DNA of 64,000 nt. Origin: Nitrososphaeria archaeon (GTDB lineage Archaea; Thermoproteota; Nitrososphaeria; JACIWG01). Shown in pieces: positions 1 to 11,012 of this stretch (its first letter is position 1; every line of letters starts with the position of its first letter). Below the pieces are notes generated by a model, which was not told the DNA's origin, did no database searches, and was given only the letters and a program-made list of their open reading frames with translations. A program made the translations under genes and the position numbers. The stretch covers positions 32,001 to 96,000 of the forward strand of contig JBEKIG010000006.1 of NCBI GenBank assembly GCA_050011875.1. The letters run 5' to 3'.

Positions 1-233
1 TGGATACCCTTTTCCGTCGGTTTGAGTGCATGATTTTGTTCAATAACAAGGCCTTCCCTACCTAATTCATTTAACGCTCCATCAACGTCTTTTGTTTCGA
101 CACAGATGTAGCCTTCGCAATAATTATCTAACTGATTTTTCAGGATGTCCTTATCTAAATTTTCTTCATCGGCGAGTCTAACAAGCGTAATTATCTTTAT
201 TATGTCAAGTAGCTCCTGTATCTCAAACGACAA
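1..233 (-). CDS. Winged-helix (PadR/MarR-like) domain protein, 3'-partial (runs off window)
   Basis: Not in the ORF track. Manual translation from TTG at 233 gives MSFEIQELLDIIKIITLVRLADEENLDKDILKNQLDNYCEGYICVETKDVDGALNELGREGLVIEQNHALKPTEKGI..., open to the window edge. 'L.EL.REGLV....LKPTEKG' is a wHTH wing pattern. Confidence 0.6.
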   Translation of the reverse strand, partial: MSFEIQELLDIIKIITLVRLADEENLDKDILKNQLDNYCEGYICVETKDVDGALNELGREGLVIEQNHALKPTEKGI

Positions 234-323
234 ATATATGATTCACCACAAACAAGTTAGGGTTATACCTACAGCAAGATTATATTTAGTGCGTTTATTA
301 AATTTTTGATTCTAAAACGTTAT

Positions 324-902
324 TCATCTTAGACGTGAGTTACTCCAGACATCAGCGTCGTCGCTGTAACCTCTTTTCTCCCAAAATCCTAGTTCCTTCT
401 TTTTGGTGAAGGTTATCTTCTCCACCCACATCGCACTCTTGTAGGCGTATTTGTCCGGAACTATAAGCCTAAGTGGACCCCCCAAGGGTTCGTCCAGTGG
501 TTTATCATTTAGCTTGTAGGCTAGGAGAACATCGTCTTTAAGCAGCTCCTCCAGGTTTAATGAAGTCGTATAACCATCTGAGCATTTGAAGAACACGTAT
601 TTAGCGTCCTTAGCTGGTTTAACAAGTTCGACTAATGCTTTGAAATTAACACCATACCATCTACAGTTTCTGACACTCCATCCTTCCACGCAGTGAAAGT
701 CGCTTTTTGATTCTATTGATGTAAGTTTTAGGAAGTCTCTCCACGAAAGCTTAATTGGTTTTTCGACTTCTCCATCGACTGTTAGAATCCATTTTTCAAG
801 ATCGATCCTCGGATTCGATGAAATTATTCCGGGGTGATCAATGTTCCACCTGAGGAGGTTTGTGATTTCGTACTGGTCTGGAGGTAGCTCTTCATCTGTC
901 AT
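324..902 (-). CDS. Molybdopterin-dependent oxidoreductase, sulfite-oxidase family (YuiH/MsrP-like)
   Basis: DFHCVEGWS (Mo-ligating Cys), GGPLRLIVP, YAYKSAMWV and GFWEKRGY motifs. Confidence 0.9.
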   Translation of the reverse strand: MTDEELPPDQYEITNLLRWNIDHPGIISSNPRIDLEKWILTVDGEVEKPIKLSWRDFLKLTSIESKSDFHCVEGWSVRNCRWYGVNFKALVELVKPAKDAKYVFFKCSDGYTTSLNLEELLKDDVLLAYKLNDKPLDEPLGGPLRLIVPDKYAYKSAMWVEKITFTKKKELGFWEKRGYSDDADVWSNSRLR

Positions 903-994
903 ATCATCTGATTTTGTCTGTTAGGATATTAAAGTTTTACAAAATCTGTGGAAATTTCATATATATTTTTATATACAACTTAAAACTCTCAAAA

Positions 995-1444
995 ATGATT
1001 GAAATGGAGGATATTGACGAAAGAGCGGTTTCACACTTTAAAGAAGGTTACAACTGCTGCGAATCTGTTTTGATGGGATACATGGAAACTAATAAAATAA
1101 GCAGCAATATCGTACCAAGAATCGCGACCGGTTTTGGAGGGGGAATCGCCAGAAGGGGGTCTGTCTGCGGTGCCTTGACGGGTGCAATTATGGCAATAGG
1201 TCTTATGTATGGGAGGGATAGGCTTGACCAAGACGCATATGATCTTTGTGTGGCGAAAAGTTCTGAATGTTATGAAAGGTTCAAGAAAGAGTTCGGTGAT
1301 GTTCAATGCCGTAATCTGATAGGATGCGACCTTTCCACATCCGAAGGAAGGAACCTCTTCAAAAAAATGGGGTTAAGAGAAAAAAATTGCATGAAGTATG
1401 TTAGAGGTGCTTCAACAATTCTGCTTGATCTAGCTAAACAATAA
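995..1444 (+). CDS. C_GCAxxG_C_C family putative redox-active protein
   Basis: GYNCCESV, GFGGG, CGALTG, C(RNL) and terminal C motifs. Start moved from 914 to ATG 995 (or 1004) because the upstream part is AT-rich promoter-like DNA. Confidence 0.85.
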   Translation: MIEMEDIDERAVSHFKEGYNCCESVLMGYMETNKISSNIVPRIATGFGGGIARRGSVCGALTGAIMAIGLMYGRDRLDQDAYDLCVAKSSECYERFKKEFGDVQCRNLIGCDLSTSEGRNLFKKMGLREKNCMKYVRGASTILLDLAKQ

Positions 1445-1785
1445 AGATTTCTACCAATATTTTTCCTTCCAACAGGCTCAATCCCGTGCTCCAGCGTAGC
1501 TTCATTCTAATATGAATAATGTCGGTAGAACCATTAACAGGGATGATTTAACCCCAGAGATAAGGGATGCTTTAATCTATCATGTTCCTCTATTTCTAAC
1601 CATTCAAAACATCCTTGATAAGAATAAAATAATGTCTTTTGAAATAGACGCTAGTACTTTCGACCATTGGACTACACCGCCAGAGTTAGCGATAGAATAA
1701 CATTTTACGTTATCGTAAAACAGAAAGTTAGCTCTAAAAAAGAATAGTGGCTAGTCAGATAGATTTTTGAAATAAGGTACCTTGA

Positions 1786-1825
1786 TATAATTTGTTTAAC
1801 ATTAGGGTATAATTTGTTTAACATT
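1786..1825. repeat. Two perfect 18-bp direct repeats TATAATTTGTTTAACATT, 22-bp period
   Basis: Copies at 1786-1803 and 1808-1825. Confidence 0.9.
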
Positions 1826-2161
1826 TTGGTGTAATTCTGAAAAACCTTTTAATAATTTACAATGTATTCAAATACACAAGGAGTGGAGTGAAAAGTGATA
1901 GATAAAAGGAAAACATCAATCCTGCTCTCAATGGTCGCCATACTAGCGGTATTAAGTGGTCTTTCAATTTCAATGGTTCCTAGTCTAATAGAAACAATGC
2001 TAATAACGGATTTCATATGTGCTTTTTTCCTATATAAATTGCTTATCATAAACTTAGTGTTGCCAACAACTTAGGATATTTTTTAGTTGAATAAAAAATA
2101 GAACTACCATTATAAGTATAAGTACAGCGATAAAGCATTCTTCACGAAATCTCTGAGCTAA

Positions 2162-2356
2162 ATGACAGGAACTATAAAGATCAAATTAACAGCAAGAAAA
2201 ATATCGTTTCTTTCACATCGTCACTATGCAAAGGAAAATGGCCTAAAATGTTACAAATGCCAAAGAAGTTTCAACATAGGTGAAACAATCGTCCCAAAGA
2301 GCCGTCCAAGAAAATATTACTGTCTTCAATGTGCAAAGACGTTAAATCTCATATAA
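2162..2356 (+). CDS. Small zinc-finger protein (CxxC...CxxC)
   Basis: CYKCQ and YCLQC in a basic 64-aa ORF near an integrase. Confidence 0.65.
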   Translation: MTGTIKIKLTARKISFLSHRHYAKENGLKCYKCQRSFNIGETIVPKSRPRKYYCLQCAKTLNLI

Positions 2357-2412
2357 AAGTCAAAATTGGTCATTAGCATAAAAAATAAGACAGTTGCTAG
2401 TTGTGGAGATTT

Positions 2413-2425
2413 AAAACTTTTATAA
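2413..2425 (+). promoter_or_regulatory. Archaeal BRE/TATA box upstream of the GYD gene
   Basis: AAAACTTTTATAA about 35 nt upstream of ATG 2460. Confidence 0.5.
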
Positions 2426-2459
2426 GGGAGAAGGTTCTTTCTAACACATAAGTGATAAA

Positions 2460-2726
2460 ATGATCTTTATCAGTTTATGGAAGAACAGGCAGAAGCTAAC
2501 AAAGGAAATGATTGCTGAAAGCTTGAAGCTCGGTGAAATAGAAAAGAAAGAAGGAATAAAGTATCTTGGATTTTATTATACACTAGGCAGATACGACTAC
2601 GTCGCAATATTTGAAGCGCCTGATGAAAAAGCAGCTATGAAAGCCGCGATGAGAAGCGGAGGAATAGGCCCAAGTGAGACACTCGTCGCAGTACCTGCAG
2701 AAGAAGCTAGAAAACTCGTCGAATAA
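2460..2726 (+). CDS. GYD domain protein
   Basis: YYTLGRYDYVAIFEAPD signature, 88 aa. Confidence 0.88.
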   Translation: MIFISLWKNRQKLTKEMIAESLKLGEIEKKEGIKYLGFYYTLGRYDYVAIFEAPDEKAAMKAAMRSGGIGPSETLVAVPAEEARKLVE

Positions 2727-2783
2727 GCAAGACACACCTTCACAATATTTTTTTGATATATTATAACACATAGGATATTTGAT

Positions 2784-3908
2784 TTAGTTTATCCCTTGCC
2801 TTTTCTTTTGAAGTTCTTTAACTATCTTCTCTATCTCTGAAACCTTAGAAATCTCCTTTTCCACTACTTCTAATCTATTTCTTAAACTAATATTTTCAGT
2901 AGCTAGAGAATTAACTAATGTTTGTAGTTCCTTGTTTTTCTCGCTTATCTCCTCTCTTAGCTTGTTAACATCTTCTCCAGAGCCAAAAACGGTTAAAGTG
3001 TGTTCTCCTTGCTGATAGAACTTTCCTAGATCTTCAAAGGTATATCTTCTATAAACTTCGGTAAGATAGCCTTCATGTCCCATAAGAGTTTCAACTATGT
3101 CAACGGGTATTATAGATCCTAGTCGAGTTCTAAAGAATTTTCTTAAAACGTGTGGATGAATAGTTAGCCTATTAGTTGAACTATCCTTTTTCATAAATCC
3201 CGATTTTAATAAAGCATTTTTCCATATAAAATAAGCTGTTTGCATTTCAAAAGGAAATATTCTTTCATCTTCTTTGTTTTTAGCGTATAAGTGGCTTTTC
3301 CCTATCGCAGATTTAAGATAGCCTTCTCTCACTTTCATCCATTCGTTTAGAAATAGAACGGCCTCTTTTGAAATAAAAGTTATTCTCGAATTTCCCGATT
3401 TAGAATTTTCTCCTTTAACCTTTATCCTATAAGGTTCTCCATCCTCTAAATCAGAAGATTTCAGTTTTAGACATTCTCCTATTCTCATCCCTGAACTAGC
3501 TAATATTGTGAATAATGCTTTCCCCTGAACGTTAACATGTGCAAGAATTTGTTTAAGCTCTTCATTACTTGGAACTTTATCAAGTGTTAAGGCCCTAGTT
3601 CCCTTCACTCTATTATTTAGCCTTCTCCAGAACTTATCAGAAAGTTCTATATCATTCTCTATAAGAAATACCTTTACTGAACTAAGCATAAGTCTTATAC
3701 TTTTAGGTGGCTTAGTGCTTATAGATTGAAGAAACTTATCAATATCTTCTTCAATATCCCTTTTTTCGCTGAAATATTTTTCAACTTGATCTTCTAATTT
3801 GCTTTCTCCATATATGCAATTAAAGAAGTGTTTAAGTGATAGTAGATAAGATGCTTTCGTATTTTTAGAACTGTACATGTCTAAGAACTGTTTTATTCTA
3901 TCTGTCAT
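2784..3908 (-). CDS. Tyrosine recombinase/integrase with C-terminal coiled coil
   Basis: Catalytic residues present: SSGMRIGE (R), NSKSG (K), HVLRKFF (HxxR), LMGH and VYRRY (Y). Heptad-rich tail. Confidence 0.92.
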   Translation of the reverse strand: MTDRIKQFLDMYSSKNTKASYLLSLKHFFNCIYGESKLEDQVEKYFSEKRDIEEDIDKFLQSISTKPPKSIRLMLSSVKVFLIENDIELSDKFWRRLNNRVKGTRALTLDKVPSNEELKQILAHVNVQGKALFTILASSGMRIGECLKLKSSDLEDGEPYRIKVKGENSKSGNSRITFISKEAVLFLNEWMKVREGYLKSAIGKSHLYAKNKEDERIFPFEMQTAYFIWKNALLKSGFMKKDSSTNRLTIHPHVLRKFFRTRLGSIIPVDIVETLMGHEGYLTEVYRRYTFEDLGKFYQQGEHTLTVFGSGEDVNKLREEISEKNKELQTLVNSLATENISLRNRLEVVEKEISKVSEIEKIVKELQKKRQGIN

Positions 3909-4234
3909 ATCCTATATATCAATAATCAAATTATTTATAGTTTACTGTATTATTAAAGTAGTTATTGCTTTAATTATTTTTTTCTATCTTGGCAGCCATC
4001 GTCCTTAAGATGATAAAGCAGCTAAACATTGACAACACTAATTGATCAACTGCACATTTACATTTATGTTTTTAAAGACTCATTGCATCTTAATTGTAAA
4101 TATCTTAATTATAAATAAACTTGACCTTACAATCTTAACCCAATTTTGCCTATATGACCCAAATTAGCGTGAGAAACTGTCGAGATAAAACGCCTGAAAG
4201 TTCTAAACATGTTTTGCATGGCTCTTAAAATTGT

Positions 4235-6877
4235 TCAGCCGTTAACTGATTGTTCTAGAAGATGCCAGTATCGTCTCACGAACCATCTTTTAATGACTTC
4301 AACCGACAAGAGATAAGAACCTACCACCATAATCAGGACTAAGAAGAACACAGGCGGCGGTATAGCAAATCCAAAGGGACTGGCTAACGGTGTAAATGGT
4401 ATTATTAGAGCTACAGCTATGACAGTCAGACTGCTGAAGAGTAAAAGATTGCTAGGCTTGCTCCTGTAGAATGGGGCTCTAGTCCTAATTAAAAAGATGA
4501 CCAAGGTCTGTGTTATAAAAGACTCCATAAACCATGCGGTTTGAAACTGATGGATGTACTGTGGTGAGATCGAAAATGGAATCGAAATGCTTGCATGGAA
4601 GAGATACAGCAATGCGAAGAATGTGAGGAAGTCGAAGATAGAACTCACAGGGCCAAAAATCGCCATGAATCTTATGATATAAGATATATCAAGTTTCTTT
4701 GGTCTCTCGATGTATTCTTTATCAACACTATCCGTCGGTATGGTTGTTTCAGAAACACTGTAGAGAAGGTTGTTTAGGAGAATCTGTGTTGGAAGCATTG
4801 GCAAGAACTCTAAAATGAAAGATGAACCGGCAACGCTGAACATGTTGCCAAAATTTGAGCTTATCGCCATGTTGATATATTTCATGGTGTTACCAAAGGT
4901 TTTTCGCCCTTCCAAAACTCCTTCGTTAAGCACCTTTAAGTCCTTATTCAATAGTATAATATCCGCGGATTCCTTTGCAACATCTACTGCGTTCTCAACA
5001 GATATACTCACATCAGAAATTTTCAAGGAGGGAGCGTCGTTAATTCCATCTCCTATGAAGCCGACTACATGTTTATTATTCTTAAGGGCATTTATTATTC
5101 TGTTTTTCTGTTCCGGGTTTACTCTTGCAAAGATGTTTGCTTCCTCAACTACTCTTGAGAGGGCATCATCATGCATTTCGGCAACCTCCCTTCCGAGCAC
5201 AATTCGTTTTATAGGGAAGCCTAATTGTTCGCAAACCGTCTTTGTAACTAATTCGTTGTCACCTGTAAGAATTTTAAGTTCCACATGATTCTTGATCAAC
5301 AGTTGGATAGATTCCTTAGCCGATTCTTTTGGTGGGTCTAGAAACACGGCAAAACCCAAAAAGACCATGTCGACTTCATCGTTTATTGAGTAGCTCGTCT
5401 TTTCCTCTTTTATTTTTTTGTACGAGACTCCTAGTATTCTGAATCCCTTCGAGCTCAAATCCCTGTTTTTTTCCTCAATTTTACTCAGAAATTCGTTTGT
5501 TAGATCAAATATTTTTTCATCTACTTCACAATAGCTAGAAAATTTTATGATATCTTCAGGCGCACCCTTGGTGATTAAGAATCGCTGCCCCTTATTACTA
5601 ACAACAACCGACAACCGCCTTCTAAAGAAGTCGAATGGGATTTCATCAATTTTCAAGTAGCTGCTAACATCAATATCTTTGTACTTCATTATAGCATTGT
5701 CAAGTGGACTTTTAAGTCCCGACTGAAAATAACTGTTCAGAAAGAGATACAATAGAACCTTTTCATCTTCCTTTCCTTCGAGGTTCAAGTGTTGCTCGAG
5801 TGTCAACTTGTTTTCTGTTAATGTCCCTGTCTTGTCGGTGCACAGAACATCCATATTACCAAAGTTTTGGATAGCCGCCAAACGTTTCACAATGACGCCT
5901 TTCTTGGACATTTCAATTGCTCCTTTTGAAAGGTTTATTGATAGAACCATTGGTAGAAGTTCAGGCGTCAAACCTACCGCTATAGCTACAGCGAAGAGAA
6001 GGGATTCCAGCACCCCTCTATTTGTAAAGAAAAACGCATTTATGAAAAAGACAAACAGGACGAGGAAAAGGGTGATTTCCATTATCATAGAGCCAAACCT
6101 TCTAAGCCCCCTCTCAAATTCGGTTGGAGGCGCCCTCGCAGTAATCCTTTTTGAGATTTTCCCAAACTCTGTTGAGGTCCCAGTCTCAACCACGACAGCT
6201 TCTGCTGTTCCACTCACAACAGAGGTTCCCAAAAAAATATAGTTATTCCATTCAGTAAGTTCTTCAGTCTTTGCATTTAATGATGCCTCCGTTTTTTCTA
6301 CTGGAATCGACTCCCCCGTTAGAGCTGACTGATTAATATTAAGATCCTTTACGTTGATCAATCTTGCATCGGCTGGAACCATGTCTCCAGCTGAGAGGAA
6401 TATTATGTCACCTGGGACGACATCGGATAGATTCACTTCCTTTTTACTGTTATCTCTTAGCACCGTTGCTGTTGTGGCCACCCTTTTCCTCAAAGCTTCA
6501 GCGGCATTCTCAGCTTTAGACTCCTGATAGACGTCAAGACCCACGCTGACAACTACTATCGAAAATATGATGGTAGCGTCGGTCAAGTCGCCAGTGAGAC
6601 CTGCAATCAAGCCTGCAATTAAAAGTATCAATATTAGGGGGCTTCTAAAGTGAATTAGAAGCTCAATGAAGCCTGCCCTTCTCCTTTTTTTGGCCAGTTC
6701 GTTTAGGCCATAGGTCTGAAGACGATTTTTTGCCTCTAATGATGTAAGGCCAGACTTCGAGGTCCCTAGCTTAGAGAAAACCTCTTCAATGGGGGCACTT
6801 AGGGAATCTTCTGTGCTTAGGACCACGTGTTGGTGTCCAGAATCATCTTTTGAAGTTGTTCCCTCTGTCCCACCCAT
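4235..6877 (-). CDS. mgtA: Magnesium-translocating P-type ATPase (P3B)
   Basis: TGES, PELLP, DKTGT (phospho-Asp), PFDFFRRR, KGAPE, GDGIND and SSNFGNMFS motifs. Confidence 0.9.
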   Translation of the reverse strand: MGGTEGTTSKDDSGHQHVVLSTEDSLSAPIEEVFSKLGTSKSGLTSLEAKNRLQTYGLNELAKKRRRAGFIELLIHFRSPLILILLIAGLIAGLTGDLTDATIIFSIVVVSVGLDVYQESKAENAAEALRKRVATTATVLRDNSKKEVNLSDVVPGDIIFLSAGDMVPADARLINVKDLNINQSALTGESIPVEKTEASLNAKTEELTEWNNYIFLGTSVVSGTAEAVVVETGTSTEFGKISKRITARAPPTEFERGLRRFGSMIMEITLFLVLFVFFINAFFFTNRGVLESLLFAVAIAVGLTPELLPMVLSINLSKGAIEMSKKGVIVKRLAAIQNFGNMDVLCTDKTGTLTENKLTLEQHLNLEGKEDEKVLLYLFLNSYFQSGLKSPLDNAIMKYKDIDVSSYLKIDEIPFDFFRRRLSVVVSNKGQRFLITKGAPEDIIKFSSYCEVDEKIFDLTNEFLSKIEEKNRDLSSKGFRILGVSYKKIKEEKTSYSINDEVDMVFLGFAVFLDPPKESAKESIQLLIKNHVELKILTGDNELVTKTVCEQLGFPIKRIVLGREVAEMHDDALSRVVEEANIFARVNPEQKNRIINALKNNKHVVGFIGDGINDAPSLKISDVSISVENAVDVAKESADIILLNKDLKVLNEGVLEGRKTFGNTMKYINMAISSNFGNMFSVAGSSFILEFLPMLPTQILLNNLLYSVSETTIPTDSVDKEYIERPKKLDISYIIRFMAIFGPVSSIFDFLTFFALLYLFHASISIPFSISPQYIHQFQTAWFMESFITQTLVIFLIRTRAPFYRSKPSNLLLFSSLTVIAVALIIPFTPLASPFGFAIPPPVFFLVLIMVVGSYLLSVEVIKRWFVRRYWHLLEQSVNG

Positions 6878-6986
6878 GACGTCAACGACGCATCTCCAGA
6901 AGATATTCTTATAAATCTTCTCATAAGATTGATCTACATACAGAATGAATATTTCCTGAGTTTATTTTAACCGAATAACAGCAGGA

Positions 6987-7886
6987 CTATAAGAGTTTCG
7001 CTAACAGGTCTTCGCTTATTTTCCACTCTCTTTGTGCCATATAGCTTGAATGAGGTTTAAACTTTCTTCTGATATTGTCAACGTTTTCCCCTATGACATC
7101 TATTCTTTCTAGGTTACCTTCCCCAAATCCTGTTCTTTTCAAGTAATTGAGGTACCCTATCTCATTTGGATCAAATCCCATAACGTATGCGCCGATGGTG
7201 TCCGCTGCTAATGGATCGTTGCTTGCTATAGCGATCTTCATGTCAACCTGCTCTCCGAATTCCGGTCCATTTCCCTCCATGGCTGTGAAGCCGTCGATAA
7301 CCGATAATTTTGGCCATACATGCTTTGAAAGCTTATAGAGGTTTAAGTTGATGGCTGGGTAGCCTTGATGTATCTTACGTTTGTTGCCGTTTACTAGGCT
7401 GCCGACGACCATATTCTTGATGGTCATTGTTACAATTACGTTATCGTGGGTTTTCAGCATCGCTGCTGAAATTATGTAATCGCTGTCTAAAACTGTCTGG
7501 GCGACTTCAAATGGGATTGGGGTAAAGTTTCTGTCAAATGCATAGACTTCTCTATAATTATCATTATTCAAATCGATAAGTTTTACGTTATACTTGCCTT
7601 GCAGCTGATTAAATCTGTAGTTCTTAAAAGCAGTTTGAGTGTCATATGCTGAACCTTCTCCTATCGTGATCTGTTTACCCGCTAGAGGCTCTATAAAATC
7701 AAGAATTGCCTTCACCGTATCAACGTGGGTGGCCGAAAGCTGATTATAGGATGAAACCAGATTCGGCTTTAATAATATAGACTTTTTTCCTTCTATGTCT
7801 TTGCAGATGTCTTCCCTTATAGTTTCTAGCGCTTTCTTTATATTATCATATCTGTTTTCCCCCTTGATCAATGCAACTCTGACCAT
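6987..7886 (-). CDS. DUF362 domain protein
   Basis: LLKPNLV, KTH, TIKNM and MEGNGP motifs. Likely start is MVRVALIKG (7886). Confidence 0.85.
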   Translation of the reverse strand: MVRVALIKGENRYDNIKKALETIREDICKDIEGKKSILLKPNLVSSYNQLSATHVDTVKAILDFIEPLAGKQITIGEGSAYDTQTAFKNYRFNQLQGKYNVKLIDLNNDNYREVYAFDRNFTPIPFEVAQTVLDSDYIISAAMLKTHDNVIVTMTIKNMVVGSLVNGNKRKIHQGYPAINLNLYKLSKHVWPKLSVIDGFTAMEGNGPEFGEQVDMKIAIASNDPLAADTIGAYVMGFDPNEIGYLNYLKRTGFGEGNLERIDVIGENVDNIRRKFKPHSSYMAQREWKISEDLLAKLL

Positions 7887-7983
7887 TTTGCCCCAACCGC
7901 TTTGAATTCTCTTCAATATTAAAGCTTTAGATGTATCAGTTTAAATCAGTAAAGGTCACTCTTGCTGTTGGAATAAAGGTACC

Positions 7984-9114
7984 TCACAAGAATCTAAAAA
8001 AGCCTTTTTTCCTGTCTTCCTCAATTTGGCCGAATTCTCCGCTTAATTCCTGAAGGAGTTCTTTCTGACGCTGAGTAAGTTTCTTTGGCACAGATACATT
8101 AACGTGAACCAGCAGGTCCCCTCGACCGTATCTATTCAGTCTAGGCATGCCCTTTCCAGACAGCTTCATCATTGTTCCAGGCTGTGTTCCAGCTGGTATC
8201 TTTATCCACGTGCTCCCATCTATTGTCGGAATTGATACCTCTGTTCCCAGCGCTGCTTGGGGAAAGCTAATTGATAGCTCATATAAGAGGCTGTCTCCTT
8301 CCCTTTGGAAGTATTTGTGGGGTGCAATTTTAATCTGTATAAATAAGTCGCCTGATGCTCCACCGTTGGGTAACACGTCTCCTTGGCCCTCGAGCCTCAA
8401 CTGTTGGCCATCATCTATCCCAGGAGGTACTCTTACAGAAATTTTTCGTATCTTCCTTGCCATGCCTGTTCCTCTGCATTCCCTGCAAGGGGATTCGATT
8501 ATTTTTCCTGCCCCCCTGCATGTGGAGCATGCCGATATCTGAACAAAACGACCAAAGCCGCTTGAGCGAACCTTCTGAACCTGGCCGGTTCCTCTGCACG
8601 TTGGACAGGTTTTCGGCGATGTGCCTGGGCTTGCACCCGTACCATGGCATACATCACACCTTTCAGTTCTTGGTATCTCTAACTCCTTTTCAACACCTTT
8701 TGCAGCCTCATCTAGTGTTACCTCGAGTTCGACTGAAAGGTCTCTTCCTCTCATGGGAGACCCTCCGTAGCCACCACCTCTTCCGAAGAAGATATCGAAT
8801 ACGTTATCGAATCCGAATCCAAAACCCATGTCTCTTAGGATCGATTCGAAATCCGTTCCTCTGAAGATGTCTTCTGTGCTGTACTTTTGATCAAATCCGG
8901 TGTGGCCCAATGTATCGTACTGTTGGCGTTTTTCATCGTCTGATAAAACAGCGTAGGCTTCAGAAATTTCTTTGAACTTTTCCTCTGCCTCTGGCGACTT
9001 GTTCCTGTCAGGATGGTATTGCATGGCCAATTTTCTATAAGAATCTTTGATCTGGTCCTTTGCAGCACCTCGTTGCACACCGAGTACTTCATAGTAGTCT
9101 TTCTTGTTGGACAT
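7984..9114 (-). CDS. dnaJ: Chaperone DnaJ
   Basis: J domain with HPD, G/F-rich region and four CxxCxGxG repeats. Confidence 0.97.
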   Translation of the reverse strand: MSNKKDYYEVLGVQRGAAKDQIKDSYRKLAMQYHPDRNKSPEAEEKFKEISEAYAVLSDDEKRQQYDTLGHTGFDQKYSTEDIFRGTDFESILRDMGFGFGFDNVFDIFFGRGGGYGGSPMRGRDLSVELEVTLDEAAKGVEKELEIPRTERCDVCHGTGASPGTSPKTCPTCRGTGQVQKVRSSGFGRFVQISACSTCRGAGKIIESPCRECRGTGMARKIRKISVRVPPGIDDGQQLRLEGQGDVLPNGGASGDLFIQIKIAPHKYFQREGDSLLYELSISFPQAALGTEVSIPTIDGSTWIKIPAGTQPGTMMKLSGKGMPRLNRYGRGDLLVHVNVSVPKKLTQRQKELLQELSGEFGQIEEDRKKGFFRFL

Positions 9115-9146
9115 GCCACCACCTTAGGACTATTAACGTTCTAGAG

Positions 9147-11012
9147 CTATTTTACCGTATAGCTTGTGTCAACGGTGTTATCCTTATCTTTATCCTGAGT
9201 TTGTGTTCCCGCTTCAGGTTCTTTCTGCTGTTTTGCATATTCTGAAGCAGCCTGTTGATAGATCACTGTCCCAACTTCCTGCAGAACCTTCCTTAGCCCC
9301 TCCTGCTTTTCTTTCATTTTATCAATTTCGTTTCCTGCGAGAGCCTCTTTCAGTTCGGTAACTGCTTTGTCTATTTGATCCTTCTGCTGTTGATTAAGCT
9401 TCTCTCCTAAATCCTTCTTCGTCTTATCTGACGTGTAGATCAGAGCTTCGGAATCGTTCCTTACTTCAACTTCCTCTTTCTTCTTTTTGTCTTGCTCAGC
9501 GAACTCTTCAGCCTCTTTCACCATCTTTTCCTTAGTTTCTTTTGAAAGTTTAGTCGAAGCTGTTATCGTTATTTTTCCCTCTTTACCTGTTCCTAGGTCC
9601 TTTGCGGTAACGTTGAGTATTCCGTTCGCGTCTATGTCGAATGTTACTTCTATCTGAGGCACCCCCCGTGGTGCAGGAGCTATTCCTTCGAGATTGAACA
9701 TTCCAAGAGATACATTATCGGCGGCCATCGCTCTTTCTCCCTGTAGAATATGTATTGTAACAGCTGTCTGGAAATCTGATGCGGTTGAAAAGATCTGGCT
9801 TCTTTTGGTAGGTATTGTCGTATTTTTTTCCATGATCTTGGTGGAAACTCCTCCAAGGGTTTCGACACCAAGTGAAAGCGGGGTGACGTCTAGAAGCAGG
9901 ATATCTTTTACTTCACCTGAAAGCACTGCGCCCTGTATTGATGCTCCAACTGCTACACACTCCATTGGGTCAATTCCCCTCTCAGGAGTTTTTCCGATAA
10001 TCCTTTCAACAAATTTCTGCACGAGCGGCATCCTAGTGGTTCCACCTATGAGAATTATCTTGTCTATTTCTTTCGATGTTAATTTTGAGTCGTCAAGCGC
10101 CTTTGTAATTGCTTGTCCCGTCTTCTGGACTATCGGATCGGCTAGTTCATCCAGTTTCGCCCTTGAGATGGTTATATGCAGGTTCTTTGGTCCTGATGAA
10201 TCCGCATATATAAACGGCAGATCTATATCCGTATTCAGTATTGTTGACAGCTCTATCTTTGCCTTTTCACAGGCCTCTTTAAGTCGAGCCGCAGCCATTT
10301 TATCATATCTAAGATCGACTCCCGTCTGTTTCTTGAAATCCTCAATTACGTAGTCCACCAATACCTGGTCGATGTCCGTGCCGCCGGTTTGAGTATCTCC
10401 ACTTGTGGAAAGAACCTGGAAAACGCCTTTTCCAAAGTCCATTACTGTGACATCGTGTGTTCCGCCTCCGAAGCTGAAAACCAAGATCTTCATGTCTCTA
10501 TCCAATTTGTCGATACCGTATGCAAGGCAGGCTGCTGTCGGCTCGTTTATTATTCTGAGAACCTCGAATCCTGCAATTTCCCCCGCATCTTTGGTAGCCT
10601 GTCTCTGGTTGTCATTAAAGTGGGCTGGTACTGTGATTACTGCCTTTTTCACTGGCATTCCTAGGAATGTTTCAGTATCCCTCTTTATCTTCTGCAGTAT
10701 AAAAGCAGAAATCTGTTGAGGCGTGTACTCTTTTCCATAAATTCTAACCTTATAGTCTGTACCCATTTTTCTCTTTATCTCAAATATCGTTCCCTCAGGG
10801 TTTGCAGTAGCCTGTCTTTTAGCTGGCTCTCCTACAAGAAGCTGCCCATCCTTAGTGAATGCTACAACAGACGGAAACATCTTTCCTGCAGCTGAAGGGC
10901 CTTCAACGCTTGGAATCACCGTTGCTCTGCCACCTTCGAAGATCGCTGCCGCTGAATTTGTTGTTCCTAAATCTATTCCAATAACTTTTTCGCTTGTCTG
11001 AACTTTACTCAT
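9147..11012 (-). CDS. dnaK: Chaperone DnaK (Hsp70)
   Basis: [31 protein letters not shown] and [13 protein letters not shown] motifs. Lacks the Gram-negative subdomain-IB insert. Confidence 0.97.
   Translation of the reverse strand: MSKVQTSEKVIGIDLGTTNSAAAIFEGGRATVIPSVEGPSAAGKMFPSVVAFTKDGQLLVGEPAKRQATANPEGTIFEIKRKMGTDYKVRIYGKEYTPQQISAFILQKIKRDTETFLGMPVKKAVITVPAHFNDNQRQATKDAGEIAGFEVLRIINEPTAACLAYGIDKLDRDMKILVFSFGGGTHDVTVMDFGKGVFQVLSTSGDTQTGGTDIDQVLVDYVIEDFKKQTGVDLRYDKMAAARLKEACEKAKIELSTILNTDIDLPFIYADSSGPKNLHITISRAKLDELADPIVQKTGQAITKALDDSKLTSKEIDKIILIGGTTRMPLVQKFVERIIGKTPERGIDPMECVAVGASIQGAVLSGEVKDILLLDVTPLSLGVETLGGVSTKIMEKNTTIPTKRSQIFSTASDFQTAVTIHILQGERAMAADNVSLGMFNLEGIAPAPRGVPQIEVTFDIDANGILNVTAKDLGTGKEGKITITASTKLSKETKEKMVKEAEEFAEQDKKKKEEVEVRNDSEALIYTSDKTKKDLGEKLNQQQKDQIDKAVTELKEALAGNEIDKMKEKQEGLRKVLQEVGTVIYQQAASEYAKQQKEPEAGTQTQDKDKDNTVDTSYTVK

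Noticed and set aside
1512-1700. 62-aa ORF downstream of the C_GCAxxG gene
   Set aside because: Looks like a gene fragment; no family can be assigned.
1786-1825. Possible mini-CRISPR
   Set aside because: Only two copies with a 4-bp spacer, and no cas genes. The same applies to the repeats at 30104 and 43003.
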